From Longimicrobiales bacterium (GTDB taxonomy: Bacteria; Gemmatimonadota; Gemmatimonadetes; Longimicrobiales; Gaopeijiaceae): 64,000 nt of DNA. The first letter of the stretch is position 1, and each line of letters starts with the position of its first letter. The translations under genes were made by a program, and so were the position numbers. The notes beneath the pieces were generated by a model that was not told the origin of the DNA, did no database searches, and was given only the letters and a program-made list of their open reading frames with translations. This document shows positions 10,417 to 17,739 of this stretch, one piece after another. The DNA lies in NCBI GenBank assembly GCA_963664435.2, contig CAXXKM010000003.1, forward strand, positions 1,248,001-1,312,000. Reading direction: 5' to 3'.

Positions 10417-11352
10417 ATGATCGCCCACCTGAAGGGACGGGAACAGGCGCTGGAACCCTTGGGCCTGACCGGCCGCCGGGCCGAATGGATCGCGCTGGCG
10501 AGCCTGCACGGCGGCGTGTTCACCCGCGCGCAGCTTTCGGACTGGCTCGGGGCCAGCCGCTTCAAGGTGCTCCGGCTCATTCAGGCCCTGACGGAGCGAA
10601 GGCTGGTGACCGAGGAGACGGTCGGAGGTCTCAAGGTCTGCCGGGTCTGCGCGCGCGGCATCTACCGGGCGCTCGCTGCCGAGGACATCCGCCACCGAAG
10701 GATTACCTCGACCGAGGTGGTCATTCGCCGCCTGCTCTCTTTCGACTACGTGATCGAGCATCCGGACCTGCCCTGGCTCCCGACCGAGTCGGAGAAGGTG
10801 GGTGCGTGCGAGGCGCTCGGCATCGACCGCTCGCTCATGCCCGTCCGGGTCTATCGGGGCGCGGTCGGCGGTGCGCGGCGCTACTTCCCGCGCGGGATGC
10901 CCGTGGCGCTGGACTCTTGCCGCGCCGTGTTCGTCCACGCCGATCCCGGCTACGACACCTCGACCGCGCTCCACTCGTGGCGGGACCGGCACCGGAGGCT
11001 CTGGGAGGCGCTTAGAGAGGACGGCTTGTCGGTCGAGGCCATCGGGGTCGCAGGCGGCCGGAGGGAACTCGTTCGAGCGCGGACGATCCTCGGGAACTGG
11101 ACCAATGCGGACACGGCCCAACGTTCCGTGCATCCGCCTGGGACCGTCGCCGCGGCCCGGCGCGAGGCCGCACGGGTCGAGAACGCCATCCGGGGCATGG
11201 ACGACGCGACGGTCGAGGAACTGGGCGGTCTCAACGGCTGCCTTCGCCGCCTCGTCGAGATGAGGGAACTGCTCCGTTCGGCCCGTCCCGAAGGCACGAT
11301 CGACGGCCATTCGGTATGGCGGTCGAGCCGTCTTTCCGGAGTCCGAATTTGA
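10417..11352 (+). CDS. Element-associated protein of unknown function with an N-terminal winged-HTH-like region; candidate relaxase/replication protein
   Basis: GAGGGGG RBS then MIAHLKGREQALEPLGLTGRRAEWIALASLHGGVFTRAQL...RRLLSFDYVIEHP...LPTESEKV. Co-oriented upstream of the T4CP and integrase. Function is inferred from context only. Confidence 0.6.
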   Translation: MIAHLKGREQALEPLGLTGRRAEWIALASLHGGVFTRAQLSDWLGASRFKVLRLIQALTERRLVTEETVGGLKVCRVCARGIYRALAAEDIRHRRITSTEVVIRRLLSFDYVIEHPDLPWLPTESEKVGACEALGIDRSLMPVRVYRGAVGGARRYFPRGMPVALDSCRAVFVHADPGYDTSTALHSWRDRHRRLWEALREDGLSVEAIGVAGGRRELVRARTILGNWTNADTAQRSVHPPGTVAAARREAARVENAIRGMDDATVEELGGLNGCLRRLVEMRELLRSARPEGTIDGHSVWRSSRLSGVRI

Positions 11353-11527
11353 GTGCCGTTCGGGGGAGCCCGTTGCCGATCCGGAGGTGTGAAATCGACA
11401 TCGGGGTGCTTGTGCACGGAAATGCCGCTGTGTTGTGCGGAACGTGGGTTCCGCAAGTCTCCGGACGGCTTGGGGTTGGGCCACGGCCCGCGGATCGCCG
11501 GTGCCGATCCGGGTCTCCGGGCCGTGG

Positions 11528-11543
11528 ACGGGAGCGACCCGGC
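11528..11543 (-). repeat. Unoccupied inverted copy of the IS110 target site
   Basis: ACGGGAGCGACCCGGC is the exact reverse complement of the reconstructed empty site GCCGGGTCGCT|CCCGT (11608-11618 + 12973-12977). Confidence 0.9.
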
Positions 11544-11639
11544 CCTTCGGGATGCCTGGTGCGGCATCGGGGCGGTTCGGCATGTGCAGGCCCATGCCGC
11601 CCTCCCCGCCGGGTCGCTTGTCTCTTCCATTCTTGGAGA

Positions 11640-11866
11640 TCCCTGCTTGATTTGCAGGTCCGGGTCACGGGGATGGCCCGGTGTGCTGGATGCCCGCAGA
11701 GGCGAGCGGAGCGAGCCGGAGCGGGCATCCAGCACAGACGGTGGTCGGGCCGTCGGGTCGCTGGCCGCAAGGGCCGTACGGGAGTTTGGTCGCCACCGTC
11801 TTTCCCACGTCCTGAATGGATACTTGAGCATCGAGGCTCGCACGACAAGCACAGGAGAAAGGGAAA
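11640..11866 (+). ncRNA. IS110 bridge RNA (5' hairpins, target-binding loop and donor-binding loop); ends approximate
   Basis: Target-loop stem 11737-11744/11793-11800 encloses LTG CGGGTCGCT (11754-11762) and RTG GTACGGGAG (11776-11784). Donor-loop stem TTTCCC..TCCTG/CAGGA..GGGAAA encloses LDG ATGGATACT (11816-11824) and RDG GACAAG (11844-11849). Confidence 0.88.
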
Positions 11867-11870
11867 GCAC

Positions 11871-12872
11871 ATGAGCACCAGCCGTCGCACCGTCGGGATC
11901 GACATCTCCAAGGACTGGCTCGACGCCTTCGCGGCGCCCGAGGGGAGAGCGTCCCGGTTCTCGAACGACAGGGCCGGCTTCCGGAAACTGATCGCTTGGA
12001 TCGGCTCCGGGATCGACCGGATCGCGTACGAACCCTCCGGAGCCTTCCACCGCGACCTCGAGGACACCCTCCTGAAGGCCGGACTCCCCATGTATGCGAT
12101 CAACCCCTTCCAAGTCCGGTCCTTCGCCCGGTCCCTCGGCCAGCGAGCCAAGACCGATGCCGTGGACGCCCGGATGCTGGCCATCATGGCGTCGGCCATC
12201 GAAGACCTACGCCCGGCGCAGGCGAAGTCCGAGGGGCAGCGCGACCTTGCCGAGCTCCAGCAGATCCGCGACGCGCTGCGCAAGGACCGGACCGCCACCT
12301 CCAACCGCGGCAGGCACTTGCGCACTCCCGTGGGCAAGCGGGTCACCAGGCAGAGGCTGAGGCAGATCGAGCGCCAGCTGAAGCTCATCGACGCAGAGAT
12401 CCGGCAACGGGTGGAGGAGGAGAAGGCGCTGGAGCGCCGGGCCGAGATCCTGACCTCGATCCCGGGCATCTCGGACATCACCGCCGCGGGACTGATCGTC
12501 CACTTGCCGGAGCTCGGCACCCTCACCGGCCCCCGCGCCGCCAGCCTCGCCGGACTGGCCCCGGTCACCCGGGAGTCCGGACACTGGAAGGGACGCAGCT
12601 TCATCCAGGGCGGCAGGCGCCGGGTGCGCCAGTTGCTGTACATGCCCGCAGTGGCTGCGGTCCAGCACAATCCCGACCTCGGGCGCAAGTACGAAGCGCT
12701 CGTGGCTCGGGGCAAGCCGCCCAAGGTCGCCCTGACGGCCGTGATGCGGAAGCTCCTCATCCTCGCCAACGCCCTGGTGCAGCAGGACCGCACTTGGACG
12801 GCGCACCCGCCGCGGGAATACTCCTGCCCGGCCTTCCCGACGCCCAGCCCGGCGGGGAGCGTTCACGGATGA
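11871..12872 (+). CDS. IS110-family recombinase/transposase (333 aa)
   Basis: VGIDISKDWLD, AYEPSG and KTDAVDA (DEDD RuvC-like); SIPGI, AGLAPVTRESG (catalytic Ser context) and GKPPKVALTAVMRKL. Confidence 0.95.
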   Translation: MSTSRRTVGIDISKDWLDAFAAPEGRASRFSNDRAGFRKLIAWIGSGIDRIAYEPSGAFHRDLEDTLLKAGLPMYAINPFQVRSFARSLGQRAKTDAVDARMLAIMASAIEDLRPAQAKSEGQRDLAELQQIRDALRKDRTATSNRGRHLRTPVGKRVTRQRLRQIERQLKLIDAEIRQRVEEEKALERRAEILTSIPGISDITAAGLIVHLPELGTLTGPRAASLAGLAPVTRESGHWKGRSFIQGGRRRVRQLLYMPAVAAVQHNPDLGRKYEALVARGKPPKVALTAVMRKLLILANALVQQDRTWTAHPPREYSCPAFPTPSPAGSVHG

Positions 12873-12958
12873 TCGAGCCGGGCAAGAACGGGCACCGCAA
12901 CGGAAGCATCGCGAGGGGCGCTGCGAGACACGTCGCTCCAAGAAAATCGGGCATCCGC

Positions 12959-12964
12959 TTGACA
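12959..12964 (+). promoter_or_regulatory. -35 box (TTGACA) in the IS110 right end; pairs with -10 CATTCT (11628-11633) only in the circular form
   Basis: The junction reads TTGACA-TGGATACT-TGTCTCTTC-CATTCT, a 17-bp spacer. Confidence 0.8.
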
Positions 12965-13010
12965 TGGATACTCCCGTACCAACGATCCCTCCGGGAAGGG
13001 GGCTTTGCCG

Positions 13011-15032
13011 ATGAGGAACTCGACGGTCGCCGTCATCGGTGCCGCCATCGGAACGGCGGGCGCGCACGCGCTCGAACTGCCGTTCCCTGCCATCGGCGAC
13101 AACCCCTATCTCGACCTGATCGCCCACAACGATCCGGGCATCCACGCCGCCATCCGCATCTGGTACTACGCCTCGCCCGGCGTCGCGGTCATCCTCGCGG
13201 GCGCGCTCGTCCTCTCGGTCTGGCGGGTCTGGTTGCAGCCCCTCTTCAGGTTCCGGCGCAAGGGCAAGTTGCCCAGGTGGCCCACCTCGCCGAACGACGA
13301 CGCACCCTCTCTGGTAATCGGCGAGACGCACCACCCGACCGTGCCGCGCGAGAGCGAGCGGCCCTCGTGGCTCGTCGTCCCCGAAAAAGGGCTCTACACG
13401 GGCGTGCTCGTCGTCGGGGCCGTCGGCACCGGCAAGACCACGGCCTGCATGTACCCGTTCGCCAGGCAGCTTCTCTCCTGGCGCGCGGATGATCACCGCA
13501 AGCGCGCGGGCGCGCTTGTGCTGGAAGTCAAAGGAGACTTCTGCCATCAGGTTCGGAGCATCCTTGGCGAGGCCAGACGAGAGGAGGACTACCTCGAAAT
13601 CGGGCTCGGCGGCTCGTGGCAGTGGAACCCGCTGGACGATCCGCTCCTCGACTCCTACTCGGCGGCCTACGGCGTCGCGTCGCTCATCAACCAACTCTTC
13701 GGCAAGAGTAGGGAACCGTTCTGGCAACAGGCGTACACGAACCTGGTGCGGTGGATCATCGAGGTCCACCGCATCCTGCCGGGCGGCTGGGTCACGCTCC
13801 GGGACATCTACCGCTGCACCGTGGACGCGGAACTCCTGGGGCGGAGGATCGGCGAGGCCCGGAGGCTTGCGGACCGGCTCCGTCCGAAGCGCGCCGTCAT
13901 CTCGCACGAGGACATGATCGCCCACCCGCAGGCGCTGGAGGAGTGGGCGTGGGAGCGCGTGCCCGGCACCGGCAGCGTGGGGTGCCGTCTCGACCCGGAA
14001 CTGGGATCGCGGCTCGACGAACTTGGCGTCGCCTTCGAAACCGAAGAGGCCGACGGAGGCGCGGGCCGGGAGATCGCCGAACAGGTCGAGGCCATCGAGC
14101 GATGGTACTCCCATGACTGGATGGCGCTGGACGCAAAGCTCCGCACCTCGATCGTCGAGGGCATCAGCGTCTTCCTCTCGCTCTTCGACCTGCCGGACGT
14201 GGCCGGGGTGTTCTGCCCGCCGCCACCCACCGAGACTCCGTCCGCCGAGAGCAACGAAACCAATAGCAACAGCCATCCCGTGCCGGGACTTCGCCGGAGG
14301 CTGCCGCCGCTCGCGCAGCTGATCGACGAAGGCAAGGTCCTCGCCCTGAACATGCCCGCCGGAGCGAACCCGGCGCTCGCACGCGCCATCGGCGTGCTGC
14401 TCAAGAATGCCTGGATGCAGGCGCTGCTCCGGCGTCCGGCCGAGGCCGCCCGCCGTCCCGATCGCTACATGCGGCCCGCCGTGTTCATCTGCGATGAGTA
14501 CCAAGCGTTTGCGACCGTCGGACAGGACGATCCGTCCGGCGACGAGAAGGCGTTCGCGCTCACGCGGCAGTGCCGCTGCATCCCGATCGTCGCCACGCAG
14601 TCGATCTCGTCGCTCCGCTCCGTGCTTCCCTCAGGCGAGGCGTGGCGCACGCTCGTCCAGACGCTCCGCACCCGGATCTTCCTGTCGCTGTCCGACGAGG
14701 CGTCGGCCCGGATCGCGTCCGAGATGTGCGGCTCCGTCATGAAGACGCGGGCCTCACACACGTTCACCGAGACCACGGGCAGGCCCGAGTTCTCGCTCCT
14801 CTCCGGTCGCGCCGGAGGGGGACGGGGCACCATCGGCGCGAGCAAGTCGTTCCGGCAGCAGAGGGAGCCGGTGTTCACGCCGCGCGAGTTCGGGCTGCTC
14901 GCCAACTACCAGGCGATCTGCCTCCCCTACGATGGCGTGAAATCGCTTCCGGCCCGCCGCGTCTACCTGAAGCCCCACTACCTGCCGAGGGAGACGGGCT
15001 ACTGGCGGCTTCGCGAGAAGGGGCGGATATGA
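13011..15032 (+). CDS. Type IV coupling protein (VirD4/TraD family)
   Basis: N-terminal TM segments, Walker A GAVGTGKT, LVLEVKGDF, WNPL, EPFWQQA, Walker B FICDEYQ and IVATQSIS. Confidence 0.88.
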   Translation: MRNSTVAVIGAAIGTAGAHALELPFPAIGDNPYLDLIAHNDPGIHAAIRIWYYASPGVAVILAGALVLSVWRVWLQPLFRFRRKGKLPRWPTSPNDDAPSLVIGETHHPTVPRESERPSWLVVPEKGLYTGVLVVGAVGTGKTTACMYPFARQLLSWRADDHRKRAGALVLEVKGDFCHQVRSILGEARREEDYLEIGLGGSWQWNPLDDPLLDSYSAAYGVASLINQLFGKSREPFWQQAYTNLVRWIIEVHRILPGGWVTLRDIYRCTVDAELLGRRIGEARRLADRLRPKRAVISHEDMIAHPQALEEWAWERVPGTGSVGCRLDPELGSRLDELGVAFETEEADGGAGREIAEQVEAIERWYSHDWMALDAKLRTSIVEGISVFLSLFDLPDVAGVFCPPPPTETPSAESNETNSNSHPVPGLRRRLPPLAQLIDEGKVLALNMPAGANPALARAIGVLLKNAWMQALLRRPAEAARRPDRYMRPAVFICDEYQAFATVGQDDPSGDEKAFALTRQCRCIPIVATQSISSLRSVLPSGEAWRTLVQTLRTRIFLSLSDEASARIASEMCGSVMKTRASHTFTETTGRPEFSLLSGRAGGGRGTIGASKSFRQQREPVFTPREFGLLANYQAICLPYDGVKSLPARRVYLKPHYLPRETGYWRLREKGRI

Positions 15033-15130
15033 AGCGCGAGGCACGAGCCGATCACGCAACTGGCGGACAAGCCGCTTCCCCGCGAGCTTTCGGGCAGGCA
15101 GATCGTGCAGTCCATCTTCGGAGGAATCGA

Positions 15131-16294
15131 ATGATGGCACGCACGAAACGAGGTCGGCGCAGCTACAGCGCCGGAGAATGGGGCCGGAACCGGGTCCGGG
15201 TGTTTCCGGATCCGAAAACCGGCCTGCTCCAGATCGAGTGGCGGGAGAACGGTCGCAGGCTGAGCCGGTCGCTGAAACACCGCGATTGGGCTCGCGCGAA
15301 ACGGCAGGCGGATGAAGCCGCCGCGGGCTTCGCGATGTACGAGCCCAACGGCAAGGCCGAAGCCGAGCCCGAGCCGCTCACCCTGGAGAAGCTTTTTGAC
15401 ATCTACCGGGAAGAGGTGACGCCCACCAAGGGTGAGCCCACCCAGTGGCACGACAAGGCCGCGATGCGGATGTTTCTCGGGTTCTTCGGAATAAGCCGAA
15501 ACCCGGCGACGCTGTCGCAACGGGATTGGGATCGGTTCATCCGGGCGCGGCGGTCGGGTAGGATCGGACCGAGCGGAAAGCCGGTGTCCGACCGGACCAT
15601 CGAACACGACCTGAAGTTCCTGATCGCCGTCTTCAATTGGGCGGCCAAGTCGAGGGACGAGCAGGGTCGTTTGCTCCTTGAGTCGAACCCACTCAAAGGG
15701 CTGAAGGCGCCGACGGAGAAGAACCCCACCCGGGTCGTGATGTCCGACGAGGACTATCAGGCGCTTCTTGAAGTATCTCGGCAGGTCGATTGGCGGTTCC
15801 ACGTCGCGCTCGTGCTCGCACACGAGACCGGACACCGCATCGGTGCCATCCGCCACCTGCGGTGGTCTGACATTAGTCTTGAGGTAGGGACTATCCGATG
15901 GCGTGCTGAGCACGAGAAGACCGGTTACGAGCACCGAACGCCGGTGACCGCAGAGGCGCTTGCCGTGTTGGAAGAAGCCGCGAGACGCAGACCGGGAGTC
16001 GAAGATGCTCCGGTGTTGCCCACGCCTACGGATAGCTCAAGATGCTTGAGCCGCTCGCTGAGCTACGCTTGGTGGAACAGGGCGCAGGAACTCGCACGGC
16101 TGGAGCCGAAACCTGGCAGGGGCTGGCACTCGCTGAGGCGCAAGTTTGCTTCGGACCTCATGAACCAGCCCCTCAAGGTGCTGTGTGAACTCGGAGGCTG
16201 GAAGACGGCCCACACCGTGCTCCGGTGCTATCAGAGGGCGGACGAGGCACAGCTGAGGGAGGCGCTCGACAGTCGTCGCCGAATTCGGGCCTGA
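15131..16294 (+). CDS. Tyrosine recombinase/integrase
   Basis: HETGHRIGAI (Arg), EKTG (Lys), WHSLRRKFAS (HxxR) and LGGWKTAHTVLRCYQ (Trp, Tyr); N-terminal arm-binding-like region; GGAGG RBS. Confidence 0.93.
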   Translation: MMARTKRGRRSYSAGEWGRNRVRVFPDPKTGLLQIEWRENGRRLSRSLKHRDWARAKRQADEAAAGFAMYEPNGKAEAEPEPLTLEKLFDIYREEVTPTKGEPTQWHDKAAMRMFLGFFGISRNPATLSQRDWDRFIRARRSGRIGPSGKPVSDRTIEHDLKFLIAVFNWAAKSRDEQGRLLLESNPLKGLKAPTEKNPTRVVMSDEDYQALLEVSRQVDWRFHVALVLAHETGHRIGAIRHLRWSDISLEVGTIRWRAEHEKTGYEHRTPVTAEALAVLEEAARRRPGVEDAPVLPTPTDSSRCLSRSLSYAWWNRAQELARLEPKPGRGWHSLRRKFASDLMNQPLKVLCELGGWKTAHTVLRCYQRADEAQLREALDSRRRIRA

Positions 16295-16386
16295 GCCCAT
16301 TTGGCGGGAATGGAATAGCGGGAGTCCGGTCGGTTGCACTCGCTAGTCTAGTATTAGCAACGGGATATGAACTTGTGTGTATCTGT

Positions 16387-16508
16387 TGCACCGGCTCATC
16401 CTCCGCTTCCTGCTGGACCGGGGCGATCCCTACGGCAACACCTGGGGGCGGCGCCTGCCGGGGGTGATGCGGTGGAATCCCCCGCTGGAGCTGGCGGAGA
16501 AGGGCTGA
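16387..16508 (+). pseudogene. Displaced C-terminus of the lipase gene (LHRLILRFLLDRGDPYGNTWGRRLPGVMRWNPPLELAEKG*), beginning with the attR core
   Basis: Starts with TGCACCGGC, has GC-rich codon usage, and joins 1162-2530 in frame to give a 493-aa protein. Confidence 0.85.
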
Positions 16509-16733
16509 AGTCGACCCGACCCCTGCGCCGGACCGCGCTCCCCTCAACCAAGTGCACCCGAAAATGACCGAGGAGTGAGCGTTAATGGCTGATCCGTCCT
16601 CGGCGTGACGCTAAGTCCATCAGGAAACGTGCTTTGCCACGCATGGCATCCTGATTTGACATGGTTTCGGGCGGGGGATACCGTCACTTGTCGGGTTGTC
16701 GTCCCCGGCCCCCCCTCGAACCCCCGTGCGCTC

Positions 16734-17708
16734 ATGATCGCGTTGTACTATGACACACGTGATTTGCGGGACCGGATCGAAGGGTTGCTGGCCGACGCGG
16801 AGCTGTATTCCACGCTGGACCGCGACGAGTTTCAATCGCTCATCGCCGTGACGGACGTCGGCATCGCCGGATTGCAGCGCTGTTCGAGTGCCGATGTCGC
16901 CTGGCTTCGAGGGGCGTTCGGCCAGGGGTTCGCCAGGCCTTCCTGCGTCGTGGTGACGCCGCTGTCGCTGGCTCGCCTCCAGCGGCTCCGCTCGGTCGAG
17001 TCGCACCGGTTTCAGGTCGTGTGGGAAGAGGAAGCGCACGATCATCTCAGGCCGACGCTGGGCCGGGTCAACCTCCTCCACCGGGATCCGCTGCGGCTTC
17101 TCGGCCGTCGCATGCTCTGGGCCGGTGCACTCCACTGGTCCATGGTGAAGGCGGTCGAGCGCATCTGCAGGGTCTCGGACGAGTGGCGATCCGGCCCCCC
17201 GGCGAAATCGGTCCGGGATCTCGCGGAGGACATCGAATTACCCCCCGAGACCTTCCGCCGTTACTGGAAGGAGTACATGCCGCTTCGGTGCGGTCCCAAG
17301 CAGCTCCTCAGCTGGGCGCTGCTCATATGGGCCCTTGGCGAGCGGCCGAAGACTCGATGGGACGCGATCGCCGGCCGGGCCCGTGTGCGCCGCCGCACCC
17401 TGGAGCGACACAGTGTGCGCCTGGTGGGGTGCACGCTCTCGACTGCGGCCCGCGAACCGGCCCTGGTTCGGCGCCGCTTCCGGCGGTGGGTCTCGGAGGT
17501 GTCGTACGTGAGCCCGCCTGTCGTCCCCCCGCTCCTGTCGTCCATGCCGCGTCCGCGCGACACCCGCATCCAGCGTCAACGGGACGACGTCGTCGGCTCG
17601 TCCGGTCTCTTTGCCGCCGGCCGGCGCTGGTCGGTGCTGCCGGGTTCACCGGGCCGCCGGAACATGCCGGCGGATTTCGTTGCCCAGGCCATGATGGCCG
17701 GGCAGTAG
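16734..17708 (+). CDS. Hypothetical protein with a possible AraC-like HTH
   Basis: Long ORF; SVRDLAEDIELPPETFRRYW and WDAIAGRARVRRRTLER resemble two HTH segments. Confidence 0.5.
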   Translation: MIALYYDTRDLRDRIEGLLADAELYSTLDRDEFQSLIAVTDVGIAGLQRCSSADVAWLRGAFGQGFARPSCVVVTPLSLARLQRLRSVESHRFQVVWEEEAHDHLRPTLGRVNLLHRDPLRLLGRRMLWAGALHWSMVKAVERICRVSDEWRSGPPAKSVRDLAEDIELPPETFRRYWKEYMPLRCGPKQLLSWALLIWALGERPKTRWDAIAGRARVRRRTLERHSVRLVGCTLSTAAREPALVRRRFRRWVSEVSYVSPPVVPPLLSSMPRPRDTRIQRQRDDVVGSSGLFAAGRRWSVLPGSPGRRNMPADFVAQAMMAGQ

Positions 17709-17739
17709 CTGTCGGACCCCCTCCAGAGAGGTGATGTCA

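Larger units (their letters stand above)
11619..12972 (+). mobile_element. IS110-family insertion sequence (IS621-like layout: long non-coding left end, CT core at 11617-11618 and 12971-12972)
   Basis: DEDD/Ser recombinase; ends defined by guide matches, the CT duplication and restoration of a 16-bp inverted repeat; no terminal inverted repeats. Confidence 0.92.
2522..16395. mobile_element. Integrative (probably mobilizable) element with tyrosine integrase and T4CP, inserted in the lipase gene
   Basis: TGCACCGGC at 2522-2530 and 16387-16395. Removing the interval restores the ORF ...MNMLHR|LILRFLLDRGDPYGNTWGRR...EKG*. The integrase ends about 90 bp from the right repeat. Confidence 0.9.

Noticed and set aside
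11316..11870. 185-aa N-terminal extension of the IS110 transposase
   Set aside because: It crosses the IS boundary and the structured RNA. The RBS and the DEDD domain start at 11871.
12207..14504. Long antisense or alternative-frame ORFs (this 765-aa one, 43675-45891, 44939-47527 and many others)
   Set aside because: Shadow ORFs expected in high-GC DNA opposite well-supported genes; no family motifs.
14570..15130. N-terminal extension of the integrase ORF
   Set aside because: Mostly overlaps the T4CP gene in another frame; a good RBS precedes the ATG at 15131.
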